A stretch of DNA of 64,000 nucleotides from Escherichia coli (GCF_003334305.1 NZ_QOWS01000008.1); one strand, 5' to 3'; shown: positions 9,820 to 21,768, counted from the stretch's first letter. Program-made: numbers and translations. Notes: generated by a model from the letters alone, not told the origin.

Positions 9820-10570
9820 TTTTCGATTCCTGATTTTCGCTATGCGGAAGCCCTAATGCGGGCAGAAGGTCATTTATAGACTGATAAATTACATCAGGCT
9901 GGCTGAGATCGATAGCCTCGCCGTAGTTATATCCGTAGGTTAAGCCAACTGATGGGCAACCTGCCGCTTTTGCCGCCTGAATATCATTGCGTGAGTCGCC
10001 GACAAACAGCATCTCTTGTGGGGCAATTCCCATCCGCTCAGCCACCAGTAACAGCGGGTCCGGATGCGGTTTTTTGTTTTGCACATCATCGCCGCCGATA
10101 ACCACGCTAAAGTATTTGGCAATATCTAAGGCTTCGAGCAGCGGCGCGACGAACGGCGTCGGTTTGTTGGTGACCAGGCCTAGCGGCAGGCCTTTAGCCT
10201 GCAACGCGCCCAACGTATCGGCAACGTGCGGGAACAAAAACGTCCCCTCTTCGGCAACCTCGCTATAGTAGCGATCGAACAGTTTACGCAGAATACGTAC
10301 CTGTTCTTCTGCCGGAATGTCGTCATCAACGGGCGGTTTACCCATTGTTTTACGCAGAGTCGCACGTTCCTGACGCGCCCAGGCCAATGCACGCTCCATC
10401 AGAACATCTGCGCCGTTACCAATCCAGGTAATAACGCGTTCTTCACCTGCGACGGGTAACTCCAACGCATACAGCGCCATATCTACCGCAGCAGCAAGAC
10501 CGGGAGCACTGTCCACCAGCGTACCGTCGAGATCAAAAGCGACGCCGCGAATATCTTCAAACTTACTCAT
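9812..10570 (-). CDS. gph: phosphoglycolate phosphatase (HAD family)
   Basis: 252 aa ORF; HAD DxDGT motif ([10 protein letters not shown]); overlaps trpS start. Confidence 0.9.
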
Positions 10571-11240
10571 GACTTACCTTTGCCAGTTCACTGCGCATTT
10601 CATCAATGACTTTTTTATAGTCTGGCTGGTCGAAGATTGCCGAACCGGCGACGAACATATCCGCGCCCGCCGCAGCGATTTCGCCAATGTTGTTCACCTT
10701 CACGCCACCGTCCACTTCCAGACGAATGTCAAAGCCAGACTCGTCGATACGGCGACGTACTTCGCGCAGTTTATCCAGTGTTTGAGGAATGAAAGACTGA
10801 CCGCCGAAACCAGGATTGACGGACATCAGCAGGATCACATCCAGCTTATCCATCACGTAATCCAGATAGCTCAGAGGTGTCGCCGGGTTAAATACCAGAC
10901 CCGCTTTACAGCCATTTTCTTTAATCAGTTGCAGCGTGCGGTCAACATGCTCGGAGGCTTCTGGATGAAAGGTAATGATGCTGGCACCAGCGGCAGCGAA
11001 ATCAGGCACAATGCGATCGACGGGTTTCACCATCAGATGTACGTCGATAGGGGCGGTAATGCCATAGTTACGCAAGGATTTCAGCACCATTGGCCCAATC
11101 GTCAGATTGGGAACATAGTGGTTATCCATGACGTCAAAATGCACGACATCAGCGCCAGCTGCCAGGGCTTTTGCGGTATCTTCACCCAGGCGGGCAAAAT
11201 CAGCCGACAGAATTGAGGGGGCAATCAAATACTGTTTCAT
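10563..11240 (-). CDS. rpe: ribulose-phosphate 3-epimerase
   Basis: 225 aa ORF; synteny in the dam operon. Confidence 0.95.
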   Translation of the reverse strand: MKQYLIAPSILSADFARLGEDTAKALAAGADVVHFDVMDNHYVPNLTIGPMVLKSLRNYGITAPIDVHLMVKPVDRIVPDFAAAGASIITFHPEASEHVDRTLQLIKENGCKAGLVFNPATPLSYLDYVMDKLDVILLMSVNPGFGGQSFIPQTLDKLREVRRRIDESGFDIRLEVDGGVKVNNIGEIAAAGADMFVAGSAIFDQPDYKKVIDEMRSELAKVSHE

Positions 11241-11257
11241 CCGCTTCTCCTTGAGAA

Positions 11258-12094
11258 TTATTTTTTCGCGGGTGAAACGACTCCTGGTTTGTACAAAGCC
11301 AGCAGTTCGTCCACCTTTTTACGTGTGCCGCCGTTGCTGCTTATACTGCGTCGAACTTTGACGACATGCAATTTTGCGCGCTGATACCACTCACGCGTTA
11401 ACATCGTATCGTGATTGGAGATCAGCACTGGAATATGGCGCTCAACCAGACCTTCGGCGATCTCCGCCAGATGCGCTTGTTGTTCAAGCGTAAAACTGTT
11501 TGTGTGATACGCCGTAAAGTTGGCGGTCGCAGACAGCGGTGCATAAGGCGGATCGCAATAGACGACGGATGCATCATCTGCGCGCGCCATGCTATCGGCG
11601 TAAGACTCACAATAGAAAAAGGCATTCTGCGCTTTTTCAGCGAAGTGATACAACTCTGCTTCCGGGAAATAGGGTTTTTTGTAGCGGCCAAACGGCACAT
11701 TAAACTCACCGCGCAGATTGTAACGACACAGGCCGTTGTAACCGTAGCGGTTCAAATATAAAAACAGTACCGCCCGACGGAACGGATCCTGGCTTTTGTT
11801 GAACTCTTCGCGGAACTGATAGTAAACCTCGGCGCAATTTGTTTCGGGAACAAACAGCTCGCGTGCGGCCTGTACGTACTCATCAGTACGCATCTTCACA
11901 ATGTTATAGAGACTGATCAGGTCGCTATTGATATCGGCAAGGATATAACGAGAAAAGTCGGTGTTGAGAAACACCGACCCGGCACCTACAAAAGGCTCAA
12001 CCAGACATTCGCCCTTGGGCAAATGCCGTTTAATATCATCAAGCAGGGGATACTTGCCCCCTGCCCACTTCAAAAAAGCGCGATTTTTCTTCAT
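11258..12094 (-). CDS. dam: DNA adenine methyltransferase
   Basis: 278 aa ORF; DPPY catalytic motif present ([12 protein letters not shown]). Confidence 0.95.
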
Positions 12095-12200
12095 GCTGAC
12101 TAACTAATTACACCTTCTCCGGCTGTGGAGAAAGCTCCGACAGCATCCAGCGCTTCAGGCAACTCCCGCAACGATAAACCATTGCGGGAGATAACCTTGA

Positions 12201-13487
12201 TTACTTCAGATCGGCCTGTACCTGACGCAGCGGTTTCGCCCACGGGTTTTTGGCCTGGACATCTGCTGGCAATGTAGATACCGCTTTTTTCGCCTCTTCT
12301 TTCGAAGCGTACACGCCAGAAACCAGGACATACCACGGCTGACCATTACGCGTCGTTTCATAGACAACGTAGTTTTTCAGATTCTCTTTCTTCGCCCAAC
12401 CGTTCAGGTTGTCGTAGTTAGAGGAACTGCTCAGCTGCAGAGTGTAATGGCTGGACGGTGCCGATTTCAACGAACCAACATTACCTGCGGTCTTCCCTCC
12501 AGCGGCTGGTGTTGCCGTGGTTTGCGCCGGGGATGCCGTCTGTACTGGAGCCGTAGTCGCCGTCTCTTTTGGTGCTGGCGTAGAAGTCGCAGCCGGTGCC
12601 TTCGTGCTCGCCACAGGGGCAGCTGGTTCAGTACGCTTCGGCGTCTGTGCTACCGGCTTCGGCTCCGTTTTCACGGTTGCTTGCGGTTTTTTCGGTTCAA
12701 TCACTGCCTGCTGGCGAGCTGGACGCGTAGTGGCCGGACGTTCAGCGGTTTGCGTTTTCGCCGTGTCACGCGATGCATTGCCATTGCGAACAGGCGCGAC
12801 AGTCGCGGGTTCGGTCGGCAATGTGGAATTGACCGCCACATTGTTCAACTGTTGCTGATTTTGTGGCTGGGTCAGCGCATTGTTCAGGTCACCCTGCACT
12901 TCAACACGTTGTTGACCATCCGTTGCCGCCGGGGTTTGCCCTTGAGTCGGCGTAGAAGAGATCGGTGGCAGAGAAACATCCTGCTGAGTATTTTCCGCAG
13001 ACGTGGTTCCCGGCGCTGGCTGCACGCCATTCGCCTGATCGGTCGCATTGCCTGCAAGATCAATACTCTTCTCGCCAGACGCGGTTTGATCGCTGGAAGA
13101 GGTCGAGGGGGCTTTTAGCGCAGAACCGATACCGATGATCAACAGCAGTAGAACCAGAATGCCGACACCCATCATCATATACTGACGAGAAGCGGGTTTA
13201 CTGGCTGCTTTTTTGCGCTTACGCGGACGACGCTCTACGCGCTCTTCATCCACGGTTTCATCTTCGGATTCGTCAATTTCTGCTTCGATTTCCGGTTCCT
13301 CATTACGCTCTTTTTGCGCACGAGTCGGACGGCGATCGTCAGTGTCATCAAGTTCAATATCATCAAAATTGATCTGCGGTTCGCCACGTTCAGTACGCTC
13401 AGAACGTTCAGAAGATTGACGAGAACGACCAGTACGACGATCGCTGGGATCGGGTTTCAGCTCGTCTTCTGGTTTGAATTCATCCAT
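12201..13487 (-). CDS. damX: cell-division protein DamX (SPOR domain)
   Basis: 428 aa ORF; low-complexity Q/P/T/A-rich middle, C-terminal SPOR-like region. Confidence 0.9.
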   Translation of the reverse strand: MDEFKPEDELKPDPSDRRTGRSRQSSERSERTERGEPQINFDDIELDDTDDRRPTRAQKERNEEPEIEAEIDESEDETVDEERVERRPRKRKKAASKPASRQYMMMGVGILVLLLLIIGIGSALKAPSTSSSDQTASGEKSIDLAGNATDQANGVQPAPGTTSAENTQQDVSLPPISSTPTQGQTPAATDGQQRVEVQGDLNNALTQPQNQQQLNNVAVNSTLPTEPATVAPVRNGNASRDTAKTQTAERPATTRPARQQAVIEPKKPQATVKTEPKPVAQTPKRTEPAAPVASTKAPAATSTPAPKETATTAPVQTASPAQTTATPAAGGKTAGNVGSLKSAPSSHYTLQLSSSSNYDNLNGWAKKENLKNYVVYETTRNGQPWYVLVSGVYASKEEAKKAVSTLPADVQAKNPWAKPLRQVQADLK

Positions 13488-13578
13488 TTAACACCCCACT
13501 AAAAGGTTAATGCTTACCACGTTGCAATTAACCTGAAGCTAATAGACCGCTTGATAAGCGGCCTGACCTTTCTTGTTG

Positions 13579-14667
13579 TTACGCTGATTGACAATCGGCA
13601 ATGGCGTTAAGAACAAGCTCGTGCGAAACGCCGCTGCGAACTTCACTCTTACCAATTGCCAACGGAAGAATTAAGCGTATCTCTCCCGCAAGGACTTTCT
13701 TGTCACGCAGCATATGCGGTAAATACGCCTGCGCGGACATTTCGCGCGGCCCATTGACCGGTAACCCAGCCCGCTTGAGCAGGGTTATAATACGCTGCGT
13801 TTCGGCAGAACTAAACTGCCCGAGACGTTCCGACGTCCGCGCCGCCATCACCATACCCGCAGCGACCGCTTCACCATGTAACCAATTGCCATACCCCATT
13901 TCAGCTTCAATGGCATGACCAAAGGTGTGTCCCAGATTCAGTAAAGCACGTAACCCGGTTTCGCGCTCGTCGGCGGCGACAACTTCTGCCTTCAGTTCAC
14001 AACAACGGCGAATACAGTACGCCATTGCCGGACCGTCCAGACGCAACAACGCATCCAGATTCTCTTCCAGCCAGTTAAAAAACGCACCGTCAAGAATAAT
14101 GCCGTATTTGATGACTTCTGCCAGCCCCGACGCTAACTCACGCGGGGGAAGCGTTTTCAGACAGTCGAGATCCACCACCACTGAAGCAGGCTGGTAGAAT
14201 GCGCCAATCATGTTTTTACCGAGGGGATGGTTGACCGCAGTTTTGCCGCCAACGGAGGAATCGACCTGCGACAGTAACGTCGTCGGGACTTGAATGAAAC
14301 GAACACCGCGCTGATAACTCGCCGCCGCGAAGCCGGTCAGATCGCCCACTACGCCGCCGCCAAGCGCCACCAGCGTAGTATCGCGACCATGCGGCTTTTG
14401 TAACAACGCCGTAAAGACGGTATCGAGTACAGCCAGGCTTTTATACTGCTCGCCATCAGGGAGGATAACGCTATCGACGTTAACACCCGCCTGTTCAAGT
14501 ACGCCGCGGACCTTATCGAGATACAGAGGAGCCAGGGTTTCGTTGGTGACCAACATGACCTGCTCGCCCGATTTCAGCGGTAAGAATGAAGCTGGTTCAT
14601 TAAACAAACCAGATGCGATGGTAATTGGGTAACTACGTTCCCCGAGAGTAACGACAATCCTCTCCAT
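13579..14667 (-). CDS. aroB: 3-dehydroquinate synthase
   Basis: 362 aa ORF; synteny with aroK. Confidence 0.95.
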   Translation of the reverse strand: MERIVVTLGERSYPITIASGLFNEPASFLPLKSGEQVMLVTNETLAPLYLDKVRGVLEQAGVNVDSVILPDGEQYKSLAVLDTVFTALLQKPHGRDTTLVALGGGVVGDLTGFAAASYQRGVRFIQVPTTLLSQVDSSVGGKTAVNHPLGKNMIGAFYQPASVVVDLDCLKTLPPRELASGLAEVIKYGIILDGAFFNWLEENLDALLRLDGPAMAYCIRRCCELKAEVVAADERETGLRALLNLGHTFGHAIEAEMGYGNWLHGEAVAAGMVMAARTSERLGQFSSAETQRIITLLKRAGLPVNGPREMSAQAYLPHMLRDKKVLAGEIRLILPLAIGKSEVRSGVSHELVLNAIADCQSA

Positions 14668-14723
14668 AACGCGACATCCACCTTAATTACTGTACCCGCA
14701 GACGAGTGTATATAAAGCCAGAA

Positions 14724-15245
14724 TTAGTTGCTTTCCAGCATGTGAATAATCTGGTTTGCAACCACTTTAGCGCTTTGATCATCAGTACGAATGGTCACGT
14801 CGGCAATCTCTTCATACAGCGGATTGCGTTCATTGGCCAACGCTTCCAGAACTTCACGCGGCGGTGTTTCAACGTGCAGCAACGGGCGTTTTTTATCACG
14901 CTGCGTGCGTGCAAGTTGCTTTTCGATGGTCGTTTCAAGATAAACGACAACGCCACGAGCGGAAAGACGGTTACGCGTTTCACGGGATTTCACAGAGCCG
15001 CCGCCAGTAGCCAGCACAATACCCTGTTTCTCGGTCAACTCATTGATGACCTTTTCTTCGCGATCGCGGAAGCCTTCTTCGCCTTCTAAATCGAAAACCC
15101 AGCCCACATCAGCTCCGGTTCGTTTCTCAATCTCTTGATCGGAATCGTAAAATTCCATATTGAGTTGTTGAGCTAACTGGCGCCCAATAGTGCTTTTTCC
15201 GGCACCCATAGGCCCAACCAGAAAGATATTGCGTTTCTCTGCCAT
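14724..15245 (-). CDS. aroK: shikimate kinase I
   Basis: 173 aa from [19 protein letters not shown] (P-loop); the ORF track form is extended by an upstream in-frame ATG. Confidence 0.9.
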   Translation of the reverse strand: MAEKRNIFLVGPMGAGKSTIGRQLAQQLNMEFYDSDQEIEKRTGADVGWVFDLEGEEGFRDREEKVINELTEKQGIVLATGGGSVKSRETRNRLSARGVVVYLETTIEKQLARTQRDKKRPLLHVETPPREVLEALANERNPLYEEIADVTIRTDDQSAKVVANQIIHMLESN

Positions 15246-15645
15246 TTTTTCGGTACTACTAAGACTATTCGTTAATGATAAACCCGCTTCGCTCAGAGAG
15301 CGCCGCAGGACATGAACTGAAACCTCATAAGATATTGCGAGAGTCAGACTGAAAATTATCTCAATACTCCAGCGGGTTTGGCAACTGAATAAATCACCCA
15401 TCCCTCTGCATATCTGGTCGCTGCAAGCGCGCTGCCTTGCTACCACCGCTCTGGCGATAAATCACCGGGTAAGATTAGCGTAAAAAAGACAGCAAAATGC
15501 CGCCTGAATGATAAATCATCATCATGGAACGCAGGCAGCGAAGAGCACCAACTCTCAAATCGGTACTCCTTGTATGCTAAATACCTGCGCGCGTCAAATA
15601 GATGAAACACGTTCAGCGTAAAAACATTACCGCTTTTACGGCTGT

Positions 15646-16884
15646 TTACTCACTGGAAACCAGTCGTGGCGTGATAAACACCACTAACTCGCGTCGTTCA
15701 TCTTCTTTTCCGTCATGACGAAATAATTGCCCGAACCAGGGAATGTCGCCAAGCAACGGCACGCTATCCTGACCCGATTTATTTTTACGGGTAAAAATGC
15801 CGCCCAGCGCCAACGTTTCTCCGCTTTTGACCTCGACCTGCGTTTCGATCTCCTGCTTATCAATCGCCAGCACTTCGCCATCGGCCTGCTGTAGCACCTG
15901 CCCCGGAACGTTCTGGCTGATGTGTAATTTCAGCCGGATGCGACCTTTTTGTAACACCGTGGGCGTGACCTCCATCCCCAGGACGGCCTCTTTAAATTCC
16001 ACCGACGTCGCGCCACTTTCCCCGCTGGAAACCTGATATGGAATTTCGCTCCCCTGTTTAATACTGGCAGGCTGAAGATGTGAGGCCAGCAGACGCGGAC
16101 TGGCGATAATATCCAGTTGCTGTTTTTGTTCGAGCGCGGAAAGCTCAAGATCCAGCAAACGTCCGTTGATGCGCCCAATGTTAAAACCGACATGCGTTGT
16201 CGCCGTCGCTACGGAGAGGTCGCTACCAAGCGTGGTGACTTGCCCAACACCACCAGCGTGTTGCGCATCGGCCAGCGTCCATTTCACGCCTAACTCACGC
16301 AAACTTTTTTCATTAATGGTGACAATATGCGCCGACAGCTCAACCTGCCCGACCGGAAGATCCATTTGCGCTACCCACTGTTCAAGCGCGCTTAACGCCG
16401 TTTTGTTATCTCGTAGCAAAAGGCGATTGGTGCGTTTATCGACGGTCATACTCCCTTTGGCACTCAGTAGCTTCTCCCCCGCTTTCGCCAGTTCTCCCGC
16501 GTCGGCGTATTGCAGGGTTATACTGCGATTTTCCAGCGGCAGATTTGCCTGCGCCCGCGCCTGCTCCGCCTCCTGGCGGGCGATATTGTCATTCTGCCAG
16601 GCAATAGAATGCACTGAGAGAATGTTGCCCTCCTGGCGCGTTATCAGCCCGGCGCTTTTCACTACAGTTTGTAGTGCCTGCTTCCAGGGAACATCTGTTA
16701 GATGTAACGACACCGTACCGCTGACGTCTGGCGACACGACCAGGTTCAACTTCTCCTGTTCAGCCAGCGCCTGCAACACCTGAGCCACCGGAACGTCATC
16801 CACCATCAGCGTCACTTTTTGCGGCTTTGCCGCCTGTACGCCGGGTATCAGCATCAACAGTAGTGCGGCTATCCATTGCTTCAT
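15646..16884 (-). CDS. hofQ: secretin-family outer-membrane protein of the cryptic DNA-uptake/type IV pilus operon
   Basis: 412 aa ORF with signal peptide and secretin-like C-terminus. Confidence 0.85.
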   Translation of the reverse strand: MKQWIAALLLMLIPGVQAAKPQKVTLMVDDVPVAQVLQALAEQEKLNLVVSPDVSGTVSLHLTDVPWKQALQTVVKSAGLITRQEGNILSVHSIAWQNDNIARQEAEQARAQANLPLENRSITLQYADAGELAKAGEKLLSAKGSMTVDKRTNRLLLRDNKTALSALEQWVAQMDLPVGQVELSAHIVTINEKSLRELGVKWTLADAQHAGGVGQVTTLGSDLSVATATTHVGFNIGRINGRLLDLELSALEQKQQLDIIASPRLLASHLQPASIKQGSEIPYQVSSGESGATSVEFKEAVLGMEVTPTVLQKGRIRLKLHISQNVPGQVLQQADGEVLAIDKQEIETQVEVKSGETLALGGIFTRKNKSGQDSVPLLGDIPWFGQLFRHDGKEDERRELVVFITPRLVSSE

Positions 16885-17200
16885 TTGTATCTCCTTGCCG
16901 TTGCCACAACCATTGTGGCGGTTCGCAGTTTGTCCCGGTACCCAGCGTTAGTACGTCTGGCGTCAGCTGTAAAATTGTCCAGCCGTTTTCCAGCACATCG
17001 TTTTGCTGCACCCGTCGCCATTTCTTTTGCCCGTCTTTTATTACACCGATGATGCGCTCGCCTCGCCCTACCATCCCCTGATAGCGCCACTGGCTAAGTT
17101 CGCTAATCCGGCATAGATCTTCCGGCGGTTTAAAAGGGTCACGCATACCGGTTAAAAGGCACAATGCAATACCTGCCAACAACCAGCGTTTAACCCTCAT
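16796..17200 (-). CDS. hofP: DNA-utilization/pilus assembly protein HofP
   Basis: 134 aa from MRVKRWLLAG...; start choice uncertain; overlaps hofQ start in the ORF track. Confidence 0.65.
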   Translation of the reverse strand: MRVKRWLLAGIALCLLTGMRDPFKPPEDLCRISELSQWRYQGMVGRGERIIGVIKDGQKKWRRVQQNDVLENGWTILQLTPDVLTLGTGTNCEPPQWLWQRQGDTNEAMDSRTTVDADTRRTGGKAAKSDADGG

Positions 17201-17630
17201 GCGGCGTCTCCAGTTGTAGCGTGAACAAAAGATCATCACCTTCCACGCTTAACGAAAAACGGCTCACGCTGACGTTGCGCTCTGCCAGCCGTGTAAATGC
17301 CGACGGCACTGCTTCCCACAGCGTTTTCAACGCCAACTCGCCTCCCTGCGCGGATGGATGCCAGGAAACCAGTTGCGCGCCGGATAACTGAAAATCCAGT
17401 GGCGAAAAGGGCAGCGTTTTTTCCTCGCTGAAGGGAGTGGTGTCTACCAGGCGATACAGTGCGGCCCACTGCTGGTGATGACTTGCCCGTAGTCGAATTA
17501 ATGCGTCGCGCTCTTCATGGTGTGTCGATGATAGAAAAATGAGCGTAACTAACATCAGCAACCAGAATGCCCAGCAAAGCTGGCGGAGGCGGGGTGATGT
17601 GGCGAACCACCAGTCAAAGAACATGTTCAT
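17190..17630 (-). CDS. hofO: DNA-utilization protein HofO (PilO-like)
   Basis: 146 aa ORF with N-terminal TM helix. Confidence 0.75.
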   Translation of the reverse strand: MNMFFDWWFATSPRLRQLCWAFWLLMLVTLIFLSSTHHEERDALIRLRASHHQQWAALYRLVDTTPFSEEKTLPFSPLDFQLSGAQLVSWHPSAQGGELALKTLWEAVPSAFTRLAERNVSVSRFSLSVEGDDLLFTLQLETPHEG

Positions 17631-18153
17631 CGCTAACCTTCCTTGTTAACTGATACTCAAATTGCCAGCGTCCCTGCGCATCCTGCTGCGTGGCTCCCCG
17701 CTGATTGAGATGAAAAGACGCATCCTGGCGGAGTGACGTTTCTAGTGCGTTTAACGCGGTAATGCTTGTTGTCAGCCCCTTGATCTCCAGCGTTCCCTGC
17801 TGCCAGCTTATCGTTGTCAGCCAGGCGTGCTCGGGTAAAAGCGCCGCCAGTGCTTCCAGCGCAGATTGCCAGTCGCGGGTAAATTGTCGCTGGCGCTGCC
17901 GTTGCGAACGCTGTTCGCGTAACTGCTGTTGCTCCAGCAAACGTGGCTTCGTTATCTGTAAGCTGCGGGCGAGTTGTTGTTCCGCCTGAAGCAAAACTGC
18001 GTCTATGCGCGCTTCGGCGCTGCCTGTCAGACGCAGTATTAGCGTTATCCCGACGGCCAGCAGCAGAGGCGCAACGAACATCAGCAACCAGAAACGCAGA
18101 AAAGCGGTCCGGCGTTGCTGTCGCCAGGGCAAAAAATTAATTGGCGGGTTCAT
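17614..18153 (-). CDS. hofN: DNA-utilization protein HofN (PilN-like)
   Basis: 179 aa ORF with N-terminal TM helix and coiled-coil-like region. Confidence 0.75.
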   Translation of the reverse strand: MNPPINFLPWRQQRRTAFLRFWLLMFVAPLLLAVGITLILRLTGSAEARIDAVLLQAEQQLARSLQITKPRLLEQQQLREQRSQRQRQRQFTRDWQSALEALAALLPEHAWLTTISWQQGTLEIKGLTTSITALNALETSLRQDASFHLNQRGATQQDAQGRWQFEYQLTRKVSDEHVL

Positions 18154-18932
18154 CAGTACGCCTTCCCAAGCGCCAGCCCCAGCGCGATGGCAAAGTCTCC
18201 ACCTGGCGGCGGTAGCGGCGGCTGACGAACAGAAACGGCCTCCCAGGGATCAAATCCCCCTTCGCCACATATCGCGACGCTTTCGGGATCAACGGATAAC
18301 GCTGCCGCCAGCTCCTTCGCGCTAGTCATCCCCACCGCCAGTTTGCGCCCCCAGCGACAGCGTGTCGCCCACAGCCACTGTTCGTTATCACGCCAGGCCA
18401 GACATTGCTGATGAGAAGGTAAAAAAGGCAGGAATTGCTGTAATGCACTGGCATCCGGGGTGATCGCGCTCACATGAACACGCAACCTTTCTGCCAGAGT
18501 AAGTAGCGTTGCCAGCTCTTTGCTTTGCGCGGCAGTCACGTTATAGGCGGGGCTGAGTGAGTCTTCGCTGTAATCGAAGCGCAGGGAGTCCGGATCCATA
18601 TCCAGCTCGCGGGCCATCGTCCCTGACAGCCAGGCCGTTTGCTCCCGCTCACCAAGGGACATCGACGGGCGCGGAAATGACCGCTGTAATGTGCGACTGG
18701 CGGGAAACGCCAACATAATGTGATGACGCTGCGGCAGTTCGCGACTCCACGGTAACAACGTTTTAGCCAGCTGCTGCGCATCAACAATCCGCCCATCTTT
18801 GATAATGTCGTTCTCCAGCGGCAACCGCCACCAGCGTTGCAAAAAGCATTCTTTTGCTCCCCGCACGATCGCAACCGCTACCGCTTCTTGCTGTTGTAAA
18901 TGCAAACCAATTTGCCAGATCTTAAATGCCAT
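18153..18932 (-). CDS. hofM: DNA-utilization protein HofM (PilM-like)
   Basis: 259 aa from MAFKIWQIG... Confidence 0.8.
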   Translation of the reverse strand: MAFKIWQIGLHLQQQEAVAVAIVRGAKECFLQRWWRLPLENDIIKDGRIVDAQQLAKTLLPWSRELPQRHHIMLAFPASRTLQRSFPRPSMSLGEREQTAWLSGTMARELDMDPDSLRFDYSEDSLSPAYNVTAAQSKELATLLTLAERLRVHVSAITPDASALQQFLPFLPSHQQCLAWRDNEQWLWATRCRWGRKLAVGMTSAKELAAALSVDPESVAICGEGGFDPWEAVSVRQPPLPPPGGDFAIALGLALGKAY

Positions 18933-19051
18933 TGTGATGATCTCCTTATCACCCGTCACTCTGACGGGTATATCAATGCGTCTGGCTTGCCTTTATACTA
19001 CCGCGCGTTTGTTTATAAACTGCCCAAATGAAACTAAATGGGAAATTTCCA

Positions 19052-21604
19052 GTGAAGTTCGTAAAGTATTTTTTGATCCTTGCAGTCTGTTGCATTCTGC
19101 TGGGAGCAGGCTCGATTTATGGCCTATACCGCTACATCGAGCCACAACTGCCGGATGTGGCGACATTAAAAGATGTTCGCCTGCAAATTCCGATGCAGAT
19201 TTACAGCGCCGATGGCGAGCTGATTGCTCAATACGGTGAGAAACGTCGTATTCCGGTTACGTTGGATCAAATCCCACCGGAGATGGTGAAAGCCTTTATC
19301 GCGACGGAAGACAGCCGCTTCTACGAGCATCACGGCGTTGACCCGGTGGGGATCTTCCGTGCGGCAAGTGTGGCGCTGTTCTCCGGCCACGCGTCACAAG
19401 GGGCGAGTACCATTACCCAGCAGCTGGCGAGAAATTTCTTCCTCAGTCCAGAACGCACGCTGATGCGTAAGATTAAGGAAGTCTTCCTCGCGATTCGCAT
19501 TGAACAGTTGCTGACGAAAGACGAGATCCTCGAGCTTTATCTGAACAAGATTTACCTCGGTTACCGCGCCTATGGTGTCGGTGCTGCGGCACAAGTCTAT
19601 TTCGGTAAAACGGTCGACCAACTGACGCTGAACGAAATGGCTGTGATCGCCGGGCTGCCGAAAGCGCCTTCCACCTTTAATCCGCTCTACTCAATGGATC
19701 GTGCCGTCGCGCGGCGTAACGTCGTACTGTCGCGGATGCTGGATGAAGGGTATATCACCCAACAACAGTTCGATCAGACACGCACTGAGGCGATTAACGC
19801 TAACTATCACGCGCCGGAGATTGCTTTCTCTGCGCCGTACCTGAGCGAAATGGTGCGCCAGGAGATGTATAACCGTTATGGCGAAAGTGCCTATGAAGAC
19901 GGTTATCGCATTTACACCACCATCACCCGCAAAGTGCAGCAGGCCGCACAGCAGGCGGTACGTAATAACGTGCTGGACTACGACATGCGCCACGGCTATC
20001 GCGGCCCGGCAAATGTGCTGTGGAAAGTGGGCGAGTCGGCGTGGGATAACAACAAGATTACCGATACGCTGAAGGCGCTGCCAACCTATGGTCCGCTGCT
20101 GCCTGCCGCAGTCACCAGCGCCAATCCTCAGCAAGCGACGGCGATGCTGGCGGACGGGTCGACCGTCGCATTGAGTATGGAAGGCGTTCGCTGGGCGCGT
20201 CCTTACCGTTCGGATACTCAGCAAGGACCGACGCCGCGTAAAGTGACCGATGTTCTGCAAACGGGTCAGCAAATCTGGGTTCGTCAGGTTGGCGATGCAT
20301 GGTGGCTGGCACAAGTGCCGGAAGTGAACTCGGCGCTGGTGTCGATCAATCCGCAAAACGGTGCCGTTATGGCGCTGGTCGGTGGCTTTGATTTCAATCA
20401 GAGCAAGTTTAACCGCGCCACCCAGGCACTGCGTCAGGTGGGTTCCAACATCAAACCGTTCCTCTACACCGCGGCGATGGATAAAGGTCTGACGCTGGCA
20501 AGTATGTTGAACGATGTGCCAATTTCTCGCTGGGATGCAGGTGCCGGTTCTGACTGGCAGCCGAAGAACTCACCACCGCAGTATGCTGGTCCAATTCGCT
20601 TACGTCAGGGGCTGGGTCAGTCGAAAAACGTGGTGATGGTACGCGCAATGCGGGCGATGGGCGTCGACTACGCTGCAGAATATCTGCAACGCTTCGGCTT
20701 CCCGGCGCAAAACATTGTCCACACCGAATCGCTGGCGCTGGGTTCAGCGTCCTTCACCCCAATGCAGGTGGCGCGCGGCTACGCGGTCATGGCGAACGGT
20801 GGCTTCCTGGTGGACCCGTGGTTTATCAGCAAAATTGAAAACGATCAGGGCGGCGTGATTTTCGAAGCGAAACCGAAAGTAGCCTGCCCGGAATGCGATA
20901 TTCCGGTGATTTACGGTGATACGCAGAAATCGAACGTGCTGGAAAATAACGATGTTGAAGATGTCGCTATCTCCCGCGAGCAGCAGAATGTTTCTGTACC
21001 AATGCCGCAGCTGGAGCAGGCAAATCAGGCGTTAGTGGCGAAGACTGGCGCGCAGGAGTACGCACCGCACGTCATCAACACTCCGCTGGCATTCCTGATT
21101 AAGAGTGCTTTGAACACCAATATCTTTGGTGAACCAGGCTGGCAGGGTACCGGCTGGCGTGCAGGTCGTGATTTGCAGCGTCGCGATATCGGCGGGAAAA
21201 CCGGTACCACTAACAGTTCGAAAGATGCGTGGTTCTCGGGTTACGGTCCGGGCGTTGTGACCTCGGTCTGGATTGGCTTTGATGATCACCGTCGTAATCT
21301 CGGTCATACAACGGCTTCCGGAGCGATTAAAGATCAGATCTCAGGTTACGAAGGCGGTGCCAAGAGTGCCCAGCCTGCATGGGACGCTTATATGAAAGCC
21401 GTTCTTGAAGGTGTGCCGGAGCAGCCGCTGACGCCGCCTCCGGGTATTGTGACGGTGAATATCGATCGCAGCACCGGGCAGTTAGCTAATGGTGGCAACA
21501 GCCGCGAAGAGTATTTCATCGAAGGTACGCAGCCGACACAACAGGCGGTGCACGAGGTGGGAACGACCATTATCGATAATGGTGAGGCACAGGAATTGTT
21601 CTGA
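19052..21604 (+). CDS. mrcA: penicillin-binding protein 1A (bifunctional transglycosylase/transpeptidase)
   Basis: 850 aa from GTG at 19052 (VKFVKYFLIL...); an in-frame ATG lies 24 nt upstream. Confidence 0.9.
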   Translation: MKFVKYFLILAVCCILLGAGSIYGLYRYIEPQLPDVATLKDVRLQIPMQIYSADGELIAQYGEKRRIPVTLDQIPPEMVKAFIATEDSRFYEHHGVDPVGIFRAASVALFSGHASQGASTITQQLARNFFLSPERTLMRKIKEVFLAIRIEQLLTKDEILELYLNKIYLGYRAYGVGAAAQVYFGKTVDQLTLNEMAVIAGLPKAPSTFNPLYSMDRAVARRNVVLSRMLDEGYITQQQFDQTRTEAINANYHAPEIAFSAPYLSEMVRQEMYNRYGESAYEDGYRIYTTITRKVQQAAQQAVRNNVLDYDMRHGYRGPANVLWKVGESAWDNNKITDTLKALPTYGPLLPAAVTSANPQQATAMLADGSTVALSMEGVRWARPYRSDTQQGPTPRKVTDVLQTGQQIWVRQVGDAWWLAQVPEVNSALVSINPQNGAVMALVGGFDFNQSKFNRATQALRQVGSNIKPFLYTAAMDKGLTLASMLNDVPISRWDAGAGSDWQPKNSPPQYAGPIRLRQGLGQSKNVVMVRAMRAMGVDYAAEYLQRFGFPAQNIVHTESLALGSASFTPMQVARGYAVMANGGFLVDPWFISKIENDQGGVIFEAKPKVACPECDIPVIYGDTQKSNVLENNDVEDVAISREQQNVSVPMPQLEQANQALVAKTGAQEYAPHVINTPLAFLIKSALNTNIFGEPGWQGTGWRAGRDLQRRDIGGKTGTTNSSKDAWFSGYGPGVVTSVWIGFDDHRRNLGHTTASGAIKDQISGYEGGAKSAQPAWDAYMKAVLEGVPEQPLTPPPGIVTVNIDRSTGQLANGGNSREEYFIEGTQPTQQAVHEVGTTIIDNGEAQELF

Positions 21605-21606
21605 TT

Positions 21607-21630
21607 AAAAAGGCGCTTCGGCGCCTTTTC
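21607..21630 (+). terminator. intrinsic terminator of mrcA
   Basis: aggcgc-ttcg-gcgcct hairpin followed by tttt. Confidence 0.6.
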
Positions 21631-21658
21631 AGTTGGCTGACAAAGTGCATTTGTTTAT

Positions 21659-21687
21659 GCCGGATGCGGGTGAACGCGTTATCCGGC
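21659..21687. repeat. REP element
   Basis: gccggatgcgggtgaacgcgttatccggc. Confidence 0.55.
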
Positions 21688-21730
21688 TAACAAAATCGTG
21701 AAAAATCAATATATTGCAGGAAACCCATAA

Positions 21731-21755
21731 GCCTGATAAGCGTTGTGCATCAGGC
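21731..21755. repeat. REP-like palindrome
   Basis: gcctgataagcgttgtgcatcaggc. Confidence 0.45.
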
Positions 21756-21768
21756 AAACTTCACGCAT

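Noticed and set aside
12447-13118. 223 aa and 113 aa plus-strand ORFs, Arg/Cys-rich
   Set aside because: Antisense to the low-complexity region of damX; the composition is an artefact of reading a Q/P/A/T-rich gene on the wrong strand.
19691-20356. 221 aa minus-strand ORF
   Set aside because: Antisense inside mrcA.
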